Source: an uncultured Clostridia bacterium (GTDB lineage Bacteria > Bacillota > Clostridia > Christensenellales > UBA1242). From it: DNA of 34,272 nucleotides. The number at the start of each line of letters is the position of its first letter. Within the stretch, counting starts at the first letter, position 1. The position numbers and the translations under genes are program-made. The notes under the pieces are model-generated. The model was not told the DNA's origin. It made no database searches and saw nothing but the letters and a program-made list of their open reading frames with translations. The stretch covers positions 1-34,272 of the forward strand of contig CALVTF010000002.1 of assembly GCA_944360025.1 (NCBI GenBank), in the 5' to 3' direction. Below, piece by piece: positions 20,176-30,300 of the stretch.

Positions 20176-21132
20176 ATGAGTTTAGCAGAAATTATCAAGA
20201 ACCAGAACTTTTACAAAAAACTTGAAGAAAAAAAAGAGGAAGGAACTTTCTCGAATTCTGTTATGTTTCTTTGTGAGGATGAAAAGACAAGTGAAATAAT
20301 TTTAGTTTTAACTGCGCTAATGCTCAATTATAAAACATATCAGTTGTTTGATGAAAATAGCAGTGAGTTTTTAAGAGTTTTAAAAGAGGCGGATTTGGAT
20401 ATAAAAGTCTTTCCGAAAAACAAGGAGAAACTTTTAGTGGCAGATTCTAATGAAATAGTAGAAGAAACCTTTGTTAAACCTGTGAATTTAGAAAATAAAA
20501 TATTTATTATTAAAAATATTGACAATTCAACAGAGCAGGCTCAAAATAAACTATTAAAGGTTTTGGAAGAGCCTCCAAAAAATGTATATTTTCTTATCAG
20601 TTGTGCATCTGCGGACAAAGTTTTGCCAACGATAAAATCTCGTTGTGACAAAATTTATGTTGAAAAATTAGAAGATGAGGAACTTAAAAAAGTTTGTCAA
20701 AATCCTCTTGCCGTCACATTAAGCGAAGGTTATATCGGACGAGCGGTAGAATTATCAAGAAAAAAGAATTTGTCGGATATAGTTGATTTTGCAGTTAGCC
20801 TCATTAGTGAAATGAAAAATAGTTCGCAAGTTTTACATTTTTCTAAAAGATTTTTAGAATTTGAAAATGATATAGAACTTGTTTTAAAGATTTATTCTAT
20901 TTGTCTTGAAGATATGATTAAGATTAAATCTGAAAAAGAAGATTTATGTTTACTTAAAGAGTATTTACCAATTTTAAAAATGGTGGAAAATGAATTTTCG
21001 GTACAGGCAATTTGTGGAATACACAATTTAATTTTTCACTTTATGGAAAAAATACGCTTTAATGCTAATTTATTGGTTTCGGTTGATAATTTACTGTTGA
21101 AAATTCTGGAGGTTAAATATATATGCAAATAG
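20176..21132 (+). CDS. holB: DNA polymerase III delta-prime subunit (HolB)
   Basis: Clamp-loader motifs NKLLKVLEEPP and LPTIKSRC with no intact P-loop in the N-terminus. Sits immediately upstream of ricT/yaaT, as in Bacillus. Overlaps the next gene by 10 nt. Confidence 0.85.
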   Translation: MSLAEIIKNQNFYKKLEEKKEEGTFSNSVMFLCEDEKTSEIILVLTALMLNYKTYQLFDENSSEFLRVLKEADLDIKVFPKNKEKLLVADSNEIVEETFVKPVNLENKIFIIKNIDNSTEQAQNKLLKVLEEPPKNVYFLISCASADKVLPTIKSRCDKIYVEKLEDEELKKVCQNPLAVTLSEGYIGRAVELSRKKNLSDIVDFAVSLISEMKNSSQVLHFSKRFLEFENDIELVLKIYSICLEDMIKIKSEKEDLCLLKEYLPILKMVENEFSVQAICGIHNLIFHFMEKIRFNANLLVSVDNLLLKILEVKYICK

Positions 21133-21941
21133 TTGTAGTTGGTGTAAAATTTAAAAATAGCAATCATATCTATAGTTTTTCTCCAAATGGCATAGACCTT
21201 AAAAAAGGCGATTATGTTATTGTGGAAACAGAAAAAGGTCAAGACCTTGGAGTGATTGTAAAAGAAGCGGAAGAAGTTAAGGCGGAAGAACTTGTTTCAG
21301 CACTCAAAAATGTTATAAAAATTGCAACACCTGAAATGGTTAAAAAGGCGGAAGAATACGACAAAGAAGCGGAAAAGCTAACGCCAAAAATTAAAGAAAT
21401 TATAAAATCTTTTAATTTAGAGATGAAGGTTGTTAAAACTGAGGCTAGTTTTGACAATTCCAAAATTATTATTAACTTTACAGCAGAAAACAGAGTTGAT
21501 TTCCGTGAACTTGTCAAAAAATTAGCCGAAACTTTCAAAACAAGAGTAGAATTAAGGCAAATCGGAAGCCGTGATGAAGTTCGAATGATGGGCGGATTTG
21601 GTCCATGCGGAAAAATTTGTTGTTGCGTACAAAATTTTGGGGAATTTGACCATGTATCTATGAAAATGGCTAAAAACCAAAATCTGTCTCTTAATCCAAC
21701 AAGTATAAGTGGACTTTGTGGGAAATTAATGTGTTGCCTGTCTTATGAAAATCCTGTATATCAAGAGTCTATTCGCCTTATGCCTAAACTTGGAAGTGAA
21801 GTTCAAACGCTAGATGGTAAAGGTGTGGTTGTCTATAATAATCTTTTGGATAGAAAAGTGGATATAAAATTTGTTAAAGGTGATGACAGCGAAATAAAAA
21901 CCTATAATCTAGACGATATTAAATTTAAAAAGGAAGATTAA
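21123..21941 (+). CDS. ricT: PSP1-domain protein RicT/YaaT (stage 0 sporulation / RNA-maturation complex subunit)
   Basis: SD GGAGG upstream. The N-terminus VVGVKFKNSNHIYSFSPNG..GDYVIVETEKG is typical of the family. Cys clusters GPCGKICCC and GLCGKLMCCL. Conserved holB-yaaT synteny. Confidence 0.9.
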   Translation: MQIVVVGVKFKNSNHIYSFSPNGIDLKKGDYVIVETEKGQDLGVIVKEAEEVKAEELVSALKNVIKIATPEMVKKAEEYDKEAEKLTPKIKEIIKSFNLEMKVVKTEASFDNSKIIINFTAENRVDFRELVKKLAETFKTRVELRQIGSRDEVRMMGGFGPCGKICCCVQNFGEFDHVSMKMAKNQNLSLNPTSISGLCGKLMCCLSYENPVYQESIRLMPKLGSEVQTLDGKGVVVYNNLLDRKVDIKFVKGDDSEIKTYNLDDIKFKKED

Positions 21942-22610
21942 ATGGAATTAGAAAAAGGTGAAAGGTTGGAAGATTTAGATTGTAACAATCTAAAAATTAT
22001 TCAAAATAAAAGCGACTATACTTTTACTTCTGACAGTATTCTTCTTGCAAATTTTATTAAACTTAAATCTAAAGAAAACGCTGTAGAAATTGGTGGCGGG
22101 AATGGCGTAATTTCCATTCTTATCACAGGAAGAAACAGATTTAAAAAAATAAAAATATTTGAAATTCAAGAAAAAATGCAAAAAAATTGCGAAAAAAATA
22201 TAAAAATTAACAATTTAAGTGACAAATTAGAATTAATTTGTGATGACGTAAAAAAATTTAGAAAATATTTGGAAGTGGGAAGTCAAGACGTTGTTTTTTC
22301 TAATCCGCCCTATTTCCCTGTTGATGACTCGCCGGAAAGCGTTAGAAAAAATGCTAGACAAGAGGTATTTTTAACTTTAAAAGATTTAATAAGAGTATCT
22401 GCCGAAATGCTCAAATATGGTGGGAGATTTTATCTTATCTATCCTGCTTCTCGACTTTGTGAACTTATCTATGAATGTGAAAAAAATGATATTAAAATTA
22501 AAAGAATGTTTTTTACCGAGAATTGTCATAAGATAATAAATTTAGTAGTTATCGAAGGAAAAAAATGTGGAAATGATGGAGTGCAAATTCTTCCCAATGT
22601 TAGAGTTTGA
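21942..22610 (+). CDS. SAM-dependent methyltransferase, YabB / tRNA (adenine-N6)-methyltransferase-like
   Basis: NPPYF catalytic motif and a VEIGGGNG SAM-binding loop. The ATG abuts the ricT stop (TAAATG). Position matches yabB of Bacillus. Ends with TGA. Confidence 0.8.
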   Translation: MELEKGERLEDLDCNNLKIIQNKSDYTFTSDSILLANFIKLKSKENAVEIGGGNGVISILITGRNRFKKIKIFEIQEKMQKNCEKNIKINNLSDKLELICDDVKKFRKYLEVGSQDVVFSNPPYFPVDDSPESVRKNARQEVFLTLKDLIRVSAEMLKYGGRFYLIYPASRLCELIYECEKNDIKIKRMFFTENCHKIINLVVIEGKKCGNDGVQILPNVRV

Positions 22611-22780
22611 GAGATAAAAATCTCAAAAGTAAATACTAAAAATTGTATGTAGTATAGATATTTATTGAAGTAATTTATTTTTAAAAATTATGAAAGTGTG
22701 GAAAAGTGGATAACTTAGTTTTCAATTTTTATGAATAATCGACAAATTTAGGAAATATTTTACAAACCTATTCAATTCCT

Positions 22781-22809
22781 TTGACATAAAAATTTAAAAG
22801 TGATAAATT
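22781..22809 (+). promoter_or_regulatory. Extended -10 promoter of the ABC-fusion operon
   Basis: TTGACA (22781-22786), 17-nt spacer with TG at 22801-22802, TAAATT (22804-22809). Confidence 0.5.
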
Positions 22810-22829
22810 ATAAAAACAAGGGGAAGTTT

Positions 22830-25154
22830 GTGAATTATATTTTTTTTGGAGCATTTTTACTTTTAATTCCAATTTTATTTTTTAGTTTAAAGAAATTTAT
22901 CTTGAAAAGAATAAATTTAACTTTAAAGATTTTTTCTATTTTTCTCGCCCTTTGTTTTTTTATGAGATATTTTGCAACTGACACTTCTCTTCTTGAAAAT
23001 GTAGTTGGGCTCACATACCAAAATCCGTATTCCACAAGTTTTGAATGCTTTATGGTTACACTTCTTGTTTGGCTTTCGATTGCTTCGGTTGTCATTCTTT
23101 GCATGTTACCATTTTTTAAATATAAAATTTTAAGAAATTTTGCTAAAACCTTTTGTTTAATTGTCAGTATTTTAAATATTGCTTTTATGGAGCAAATTAT
23201 ATATTCTTACACCGGGACTTACGAAATCAACCTTTGTGGTGCATTTTTTGCTATTGAAGTGGCAGTTTCTTTTCTTTATAGTATTTATATTTTTGCGACA
23301 GAGAATTATTTTAAGATTCCTAAAAAAGAACTAATTGAAATGGCTATTGCCTTGCCTATTGTTTTATTACTTTCCGTTCCTCCGTTTGTTCCTCAAGCGT
23401 TATTTGGTAACTTTGGAAGTATGGGGACAAAAGACCTATCTTTTTATCATAGATTGTATTTATATTTAACATTTATCTTTTTGATTGGAATGTATTTTCT
23501 TTTAAAGCGCAAGATGAAAGATAAGGAATACAATCGTATGGCACTTTTGTACATATCACTAGTCGGTTTAATTTCATACTGTTATGATTATGATTTTGCA
23601 CGATTTTTAGAGCCGACAAGATGGCCACTTCATCTTTGTAACACCGCCATGTTTATCATTCCAATTTGTTTAATGTTTAAACTAGAAAAACTTTTCTATT
23701 TCACGCTTTTTATTAATGTTTTGGGTGCATTTTTGGCAATGCTTATTCCAAATTATGCAGATGCGAGTGGGTTCTTTACTCCATCTATTGTCAGATTTTG
23801 GACCAATCACTCTCTAGCATTTTCTATGCCGGTGCTTATCATCCTTCTAGGCATTTATGAAAGACCGCGACTTAAACATTTCAAGTATTCCATGATTGGC
23901 TTTTTAATTTATTTCCTTTTAGTTTTAATTATAAACGCATGGTTTACGAATTATGACATTAATGTTGACTTTTTCTTTATCAATTCTGATTTTATTGCGG
24001 ATAAACTTGGACTTTGGGCGGAAAATTTGAGGGATAATTTTGTTTGGTCATTTACTATTAGTGGTTTAACTTTTACTTTTTATCCTCTCTATCAATTCTT
24101 ATTCTTCCTAGTTTATGTCGTTTTGGGACTTGGTATGTGGTTTATTTACGCTTTTATTTTTCAAATACAAGATTTTTATTTGAAACTAGAAGAGAAAAAC
24201 AAAAAATACAAATTAGACGAACACGCGCTTTGTGTAAAATATGGAGTTAAGGGGGTGTATGAAGCAGTGAACAAGAATAGTATTGACAAACTTTGTGTGA
24301 ATGGAGTTTATAAACAATATGGGAACAGTAAGTATTATTCTGCTTACGACGTTAATTTAGAGGTAAAAGCGGGAGAAATATTTGGCTTTTTAGGACCGAA
24401 TGGTGCAGGGAAAAGTACAATTATAAAATGTATAGTTGGGATTCAGCCTCCAACCAAAGGCAGTATTGAAATAAATGGCTACGATATAGAAAAACAACCA
24501 CTTTTTGCCAAAGAACAGTTCGGTTTTGTGCCAGACCATTATGCATTATATGAAAATCTGACAGGTAGAGAGTTTATAAATTACATAGCCGATTTGTATG
24601 GAGTGGATAAGAAAAGTCGTGACGAAAGAATAAACAAATACATAAAAATTCTTGCTTTAGAAGATGCATTTGATAACAAAATCAAGACATATAGTCATGG
24701 CATGAAACAAAAAGTTGCCATAATTTCCGCTCTCGTGCATAACCCAAAGGTTTGGATATTGGATGAGCCTTTGACAGGTCTTGACCCTAATTCTATTTTC
24801 CAAGTTAAAGAGTGTATGAAGGAACACGCTAAGAATGGAAATATAGTTTTCTTTTCAAGCCACATTATTGACATTGTTGAAAAACTTTGTGATAGAATTT
24901 CCATTATAAAAAAAGGTAGAATAGTAGCATCTACTTCGTTAGAAGAGTTGAAAGCAAAAAAAATTAGTTTGGAACAATATTACCTTAACATAATTAATGA
25001 CGACCAAATTGGAAGTAAGGCTATGCGAGTGGAAAGCAAAAAAGAAAAGGAAGAAGTACCAGCCAGCAAATTCTTTGCTAAGAAGATAAAAAAAGGTTCT
25101 ATTGTAAAAGAAAATTATACTACAAACGAATTTGAAGTTCGTAATAAAAAATAA
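22830..25154 (+). CDS. Fusion protein: N-terminal polytopic membrane domain (~480 aa, including a YwaF/TIGR02206/TMEM164-like PLHLC region) plus a C-terminal ABC ATP-binding domain and a K/E-rich tail
   Basis: The preferred start is the GTG at 22830, preceded by SD AAGGGGAAG (22818-22826). The ORF-track GTG at 22800 lies inside the predicted promoter. RWPLHLCNTAMF spans 23619-23654 (PLHLC at 23625-23639). Walker A GPNGAGKST 24393-24419. Signature SHGMKQK 24693-24713. Walker B WILDEP 24753-24770. Confidence 0.85.
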   Translation: MNYIFFGAFLLLIPILFFSLKKFILKRINLTLKIFSIFLALCFFMRYFATDTSLLENVVGLTYQNPYSTSFECFMVTLLVWLSIASVVILCMLPFFKYKILRNFAKTFCLIVSILNIAFMEQIIYSYTGTYEINLCGAFFAIEVAVSFLYSIYIFATENYFKIPKKELIEMAIALPIVLLLSVPPFVPQALFGNFGSMGTKDLSFYHRLYLYLTFIFLIGMYFLLKRKMKDKEYNRMALLYISLVGLISYCYDYDFARFLEPTRWPLHLCNTAMFIIPICLMFKLEKLFYFTLFINVLGAFLAMLIPNYADASGFFTPSIVRFWTNHSLAFSMPVLIILLGIYERPRLKHFKYSMIGFLIYFLLVLIINAWFTNYDINVDFFFINSDFIADKLGLWAENLRDNFVWSFTISGLTFTFYPLYQFLFFLVYVVLGLGMWFIYAFIFQIQDFYLKLEEKNKKYKLDEHALCVKYGVKGVYEAVNKNSIDKLCVNGVYKQYGNSKYYSAYDVNLEVKAGEIFGFLGPNGAGKSTIIKCIVGIQPPTKGSIEINGYDIEKQPLFAKEQFGFVPDHYALYENLTGREFINYIADLYGVDKKSRDERINKYIKILALEDAFDNKIKTYSHGMKQKVAIISALVHNPKVWILDEPLTGLDPNSIFQVKECMKEHAKNGNIVFFSSHIIDIVEKLCDRISIIKKGRIVASTSLEELKAKKISLEQYYLNIINDDQIGSKAMRVESKKEKEEVPASKFFAKKIKKGSIVKENYTTNEFEVRNKK

Positions 25155-25162
25155 GGAAGGAT

Positions 25163-26794
25163 ATGAGCAAACTTAAAACGCTATTTTTAATGCAAGTAAA
25201 GGAAAAAATTGACTTTTCGTTTTTGAAAAGCAAAAAGAAAACCACATTTAAAGTGATTTTCTCTATCCTCGGCTTCGCTGTTATTACTGCACTTGCCTAT
25301 GTTGTTCTCTTCCTTTGTCAATATCTCAATTTGTTCTCCGCCATAAACCATATCCCTATAAGCGTTATGTCGGTGGTGTTTTTTATAATGTTTATCCTCA
25401 ATCTGTTAACTTGTACCGTTGGGCTTTCCAAAACATTATATTATTCAAAAGACAATCAAATATTGATTACATATCCTGTGAATGCTAATGCACTTTTCTT
25501 ATCAAAAATGCTTGTTTACTATATATATGAAGTAAAGAAAAATTTTAGTTTTATCATTCCTGTCTTTTTCGCCTATGGTCTTATTTCGTCTTTGCCGTTT
25601 CTGTATTTCATTTGGTTTCCAATAATGATAACCATTTTTACTCTCATTCCTGTGCTTTTTGGAGCCATATTATCTTTTCCGGTATACTTTATTTTGCGTT
25701 TCTTTAATCGATATCCTATAATTAAAGTAATTTTACTTATGCTCATATTGGCTGGAGTTATCGCACTTGTTGTTTTGGCTATAAATGCTATTCCTGAAGA
25801 TATAAATTTGATACGAAGTTGGTCTGTTGTTTCTCAGGCGATAAGAAACTTCCTATCATTTTTCAGTGATAAATTTTTCGTATTTTATGCGATAACTATT
25901 TTCCTTTGTGGACGATTTGAAGGGATGCAAAGCGTCCTCTTTACAGAATATTCCTATATTGTGCTTTTAATTATGCTTGCTGTAATTTTAGTTTTGATAG
26001 GATTAAATTATCTGATTTCTCGTCCTCTTTATCTTAAAATGGCATCCAAACAATTTGAATTTGACAGCGGAAAAACGGTAAAACGTAACAATGTTGCTCG
26101 AAACGGTTTCCTTTCATCTTGTATTAATGAAACCAAAAAAGCACTGCGGGACACAAATGTTCTTTCCACCACTCTTGCAACAATAATACTAGCGCCAATT
26201 TCAATCCTGCTTTTAAATACAATTTATGCAGCAATAAACACCAGAATGATGGGCGAATACCTTGCAATTTCTTTTAATATATTGATTATTTTACTATTCG
26301 CTCTTGCTCATAATATTAATGTTTCAAGTATTTATAGTAAGGATGGCGAAGCATGGATTTTAAATAAAACAAAGCCTTGTAGACCTATGGAACTTATGCT
26401 TCCGTATCTATGTTACAACTTTATTGCAAGTACACTTATTGTTATTGCTTCTACTTCTGTATTTTTGGTTAGCACAAATCTAGGAAGCGGTAATTGCGTT
26501 TTAATTTTCTTTATTTTACTTTTCTTAGTTTATGCACATATTATTTGGAGTGCAGAAATTGATTTCTTGAATCCAAGAAGCATAAAAAGCCAAAGTAATG
26601 TTAATCCAAACGAAGTTAAATCTATACTTCTTACTTTTGCGATAAGTTTATTAAGTTTTGGAATAACAATTTTCTTCCTTTTAGATGGAATGAGCGGTGT
26701 TTGGCTTAAACTTTTCTTTTTCGCCCTTGCATTTCTTGTCTTGAGGTGCTGGCTTTTCTATTACAAAGCACGCATAATGTTTAAGGAGATATAG
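25163..26794 (+). CDS. Large polytopic membrane protein, putative ABC-exporter permease partner
   Basis: SD AAGGAAGG overlaps the upstream stop and the gap is 8 nt. The 543-aa protein has many hydrophobic helices. The motif YYSKDNQILITYPV resembles my recollection of the 'putative ABC exporter' membrane family (not verified). Confidence 0.7.
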   Translation: MSKLKTLFLMQVKEKIDFSFLKSKKKTTFKVIFSILGFAVITALAYVVLFLCQYLNLFSAINHIPISVMSVVFFIMFILNLLTCTVGLSKTLYYSKDNQILITYPVNANALFLSKMLVYYIYEVKKNFSFIIPVFFAYGLISSLPFLYFIWFPIMITIFTLIPVLFGAILSFPVYFILRFFNRYPIIKVILLMLILAGVIALVVLAINAIPEDINLIRSWSVVSQAIRNFLSFFSDKFFVFYAITIFLCGRFEGMQSVLFTEYSYIVLLIMLAVILVLIGLNYLISRPLYLKMASKQFEFDSGKTVKRNNVARNGFLSSCINETKKALRDTNVLSTTLATIILAPISILLLNTIYAAINTRMMGEYLAISFNILIILLFALAHNINVSSIYSKDGEAWILNKTKPCRPMELMLPYLCYNFIASTLIVIASTSVFLVSTNLGSGNCVLIFFILLFLVYAHIIWSAEIDFLNPRSIKSQSNVNPNEVKSILLTFAISLLSFGITIFFLLDGMSGVWLKLFFFALAFLVLRCWLFYYKARIMFKEI

Positions 26795-26796
26795 CC

Positions 26797-27222
26797 ATGA
26801 AAAAGTCAGTTATCTTTTTAATAGGAATAATATATATCATTTCAATAGTAGTGGTGACCTTCTTTGGACTTCAGCCTTCTATCGACCAATTTCAAATTTA
26901 TATGAATTATATATCAATTTCCAATTATGATAATATAGTACGAAACCAGAAATACATATATCTTGAATATGATGAAATTGAAGGATATTCAAGTGTCACT
27001 ATTCAATACGATTATGGACCAACAAACGCATCATATCCAGACCGAGTAAGATTTTCGCTTAGTGGCAATGTTAAATTAGATGAAGAGGGGAATGAAGTAA
27101 TTTTCGCAACCGTTAATAGTTATGGAGAAGTTGTTTTCTCAGATACAGGGACGGTCAGATTGACAATAACAACCACGGATGGCTCTAGTTTATCAGATAT
27201 TGTTATGATAAGGTGTCGCTAA
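26797..27222 (+). CDS. Small membrane-anchored protein with a C-terminal Ig-like (Big_2-like) domain
   Basis: SD AAGGAG 26783-26788. The ATG is 2 nt after the permease stop. N-terminal TM IFLIGIIYIISIVVVTFFG. C-terminal GTVRLTITTTDGSSLSDIVMIRC resembles the last strands of a bacterial Ig-like domain. Confidence 0.6.
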   Translation: MKKSVIFLIGIIYIISIVVVTFFGLQPSIDQFQIYMNYISISNYDNIVRNQKYIYLEYDEIEGYSSVTIQYDYGPTNASYPDRVRFSLSGNVKLDEEGNEVIFATVNSYGEVVFSDTGTVRLTITTTDGSSLSDIVMIRCR

Positions 27223-27244
27223 ATTAAAAAGTTTTTAAATATGT

Positions 27245-27273
27245 TTGACAAAATAAGAATAAAAGGTTAAAAT
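27245..27273 (+). promoter_or_regulatory. Near-consensus sigma-A-type promoter of the lipoprotein gene
   Basis: TTGACA (27245-27250), 17-nt spacer, TAAAAT (27268-27273). Confidence 0.55.
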
Positions 27274-27300
27274 AGAAAAAAAATATTAAAGGAGATGTTT

Positions 27301-30300
27301 ATGAAAAAAGTAATGTTAACAATGTTTGCATCAATAATGCTTGTTTTTGTTGGGATTATTTCGGTTGCTTGTTGTGGCGATAATGATCCAACAAAAGTAG
27401 AGTCTTTTGCTGTAAATGGTTTAACTACTAGTTATGTAAATACTGACACGGTTAATTTAAGCGGAATTTCACTTGAAGTAACTTATGATAACAATCAAAA
27501 AGAAACATTAACAAAATACGAAATTGATCCATCTGAGGGTATTGAATTAAAAGAAGATACACAATTTATTTTATATACCGATGGTCTATCTTCACAACAA
27601 GCAGGGAACATAAACATTAATGATTATGCAATAACTGCAAAAGTTGTAGGTTTTGATGATATTTTAAGGCTTGGAACAGTATCTGTTACACTTGCACTAG
27701 CGACCGAAATTACAGAATATGAAGTTAGTGGAATGGAAACTGAATATTTTAACACAAATACTGTTGACTTTGTAGGTACACAACTTAGTGTTACATACAA
27801 CAATCTTCAAACAGTAGTTTTATCTGAGTTTGAAATTGACAAAGATATAAGTGAAGTAGCTACAGGAACACAATTTGTAATTTATACAGATGGTTTATCT
27901 ACACAACCTGCTGGTGATTTAGAAATAAGAGACTATAATATCACAGCAAAAGTTGTAGGGTTTGATGAAACCTTATCACTTGGCAAAATTTCTGTTAAAC
28001 GTGCAACTGCAGAAGATATAACGGAACATAAGGTTAGTGGTTTAAAGACTACTTACGTAAACACTGATACTGTAACTTTTGAAGGCATTTCATTAAAAGT
28101 TACATATGGAAATCATGAAAGCGAAGTGTTGACAAAATATGAGATCGATAAAGACATAAATGAAGTAACAGAGGGCACACAATTTGTTATTTATACAAGT
28201 GGATTATCTTCACAACCTGCTGGGAATATAGAAGCTAAATCTTATAGCATCACAGCAAAAGTTGTTGGATTTGAAAATCAAGAATTAAAGCTTGGAACTG
28301 TTGTGGTAACAATAGCAGAACCTACTGAAATCGTTAGCCATGAAGTTGTATATATGCCAACAAGTTTTTATGAAACCGATACTGTTGATTTTGTAGGAAC
28401 AAAACTTAAAGTTACTTTTGATAATCATCAAACTTTAATATTAACAAAATTTGAGTTAGATAAAGATTTAAGCGACATTAATGCAGACACTGAGTTTGTG
28501 TTATATACAGATGGACTTTCTTCTCAAACTGCTGGCAATTTAGAAATCAAAGATTATAATATCACAGCAAAAGTTGTAGGCTTTAATAAAACTTTGGCAC
28601 TCGGAACAATAAAAGTTGAAAGCGATTGGAATAGATATGAGGTAGATACTTTTCTTGTACCTGAATCGATCAATACTTATAACGAAATTGTAGAAAATAA
28701 TGTATCAACAGAAGAAGCAGGATTTTATAATGTTGAAGCAATGTATACTATTGGTGATGATAATGGTTTTAAATTTAAACCTCAGTTAATATTGCTTCCA
28801 AAAGATAGTTCTGATATTACTGAAGATTATGAGCCAGAAACTTACAATGTTAATGTTAAAGTTTTCATGGATGATAATGATACTGCTTTGGCAGATGATA
28901 GCACATACTATACATTTGACAATTTTGAATTTGATTTTACAGAGACTGCAATAGGTCACACATTTAAAATTGAAATGTCATTAAGTGATTATCCTACAAC
29001 ATTACCAATTTCTTTTACATTTAAAGTAGCAGATGGCTGGAATGCATATACTCCAGACGATCTTGGAAGAATTAATATATTAGATTTTGATAATAGTGGT
29101 TATGCAAGAAGACTTTCTCAAAAAATTTTCTATAATTCTGATACACAAAAATATGATAAGACACTTGAATTTGCAGATATTTGGGAAGATTATTTAACAG
29201 AAAAAGGTTACACAGATTTAACTGCTATTAATGGAATTTATATTCATAATAACATTTTAGTTTCTGATGATGATTTACCAGAAGAATATTTCATAACTGA
29301 AGAAGAAAGTGCATACGCTGCTGGTAGTTTGAGAGATTTCTCACTTTTGTATTCTCATTATCTTGAAGAAGGTCAAGACTTTATAATAAATGGTAATTAC
29401 TTTTCTGTTAAATTTGGTAAAGTTTTAGGTGATAATAAAGAAGTCCTTTCCGAAGGAGTTTCTCTTGGATTATCAAATTCATCAAAAGACAATTTTTCAG
29501 TTTATACAGCAGACCAAGCTAAATATTCAGTCGGACATTCAGCAGTTTTTAATTTCATGGGCAAAACGGACAATTCAACAACTTCAGTTGGAAGAATTGT
29601 TAATCTTAATGCTCAAGGAAATACAGGAGGTGTAATTTCCGGCGGTAATGCATATGATCCTACAGGGGAAACAGATGGCCTTCCTACAACCCCAGATGAC
29701 GCAACAAAAGAAGTATTAAAATTATCTGGCTCTTTAATATTTACAAAATCTATGCATGCAAGAGTAGAAGTTGAAAACGCAATTGCAAAAGAATTCTTGA
29801 TTGCTTGGTTTGGTGAACAAAAAGTTTCTGATACCACAGTTGAAGAAAATAAGGACAAGGGGAATTTAAAATTAACAAACGTTAAGACTTATGACTGCTT
29901 TAGTTCGGCAATTTTTGCTTATGCATCTGATAATAATGAGATTATCAATTCTGAATTCAAACGTTTTGGCGGTCCTGTTGTTATGCTAGTAAGTCAAATT
30001 GCAAAAAACATAGATACTGATGAAGAGATTGGTGGAACTGAAATTGAACGTGATAGCAGTTTCAAAGTTGATGAAGCAACAGTAATGGAAAATTACATAG
30101 CCGGAGATGAAGCTTGGTTTATTTTGAATTTTGCTACAGCAGTGGCAACAAGTGTTAAAGATTTGGAAAACGATTTATTAGCAAAAATGTATAATTCAAT
30201 ATATTTTGATATACCAAATAAAGATGGTGTTGGAACAACAGAGAAAGCAAATTTACTAGTTTTAGCGCTAGATTCTGGATATATGAACTCTAACGAAGAT

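Noticed and set aside
20037-20225. 62-aa + strand ORF between the ATPase and holB
   Set aside because: It overlaps the terminator T-run, the predicted holB promoter and the holB start. It is a low-complexity F/Y/N/I-rich peptide with no SD.
21941-21942. Looked for yabA between ricT/yaaT and the yabB-like methyltransferase, as in Bacillus subtilis
   Set aside because: The ricT stop and the methyltransferase ATG are contiguous (TAAATG), so there is no room for a gene. The absence is real in this window. Its lineage significance cannot be judged without genome context, so it is not reported as a finding.
22800-22829. GTG at 22800 as the start of the ABC-fusion gene (ORF-track start)
   Set aside because: It lies within the spacer and -10 region of the predicted promoter (TTGACA 22781, TAAATT 22804) and lacks an SD. 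The GTG at 22830 has AAGGGGAAG 3 nt upstream. This remains uncertain without TSS data.
20340-24904. Antisense ORFs inside holB, ricT, the methyltransferase and the ABC-fusion gene (20340-20525, 21036-21242, 21239-21538, 21990-22181, 22835-23104, 24695-24904)
   Set aside because: These are shadow ORFs opposite genes with clear motifs. None has an SD or a recognisable domain.
27295-27300. ATG at 27295 as the lipoprotein start (ORF-track start)
   Set aside because: It directly abuts the SD AAAGGAG (27288-27294). The next ATG at 27301 has the usual 6-nt spacing and gives a classic MKK... signal peptide.
27391-28630. Regular ~310-bp periodic repeats as a possible CRISPR array, satellite or mobile-element array
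   Set aside because: The period is a multiple of three and in frame within a long ORF. There is no short conserved repeat/unique spacer organisation. The units translate into homologous Ig-like domains.
29429-29858. ORFs 29429-29635 (+) and 29613-29858 (-) inside the lipoprotein gene
   Set aside because: They are out of frame or antisense within a continuous 3.2-kb ORF, with no SD and no motifs.
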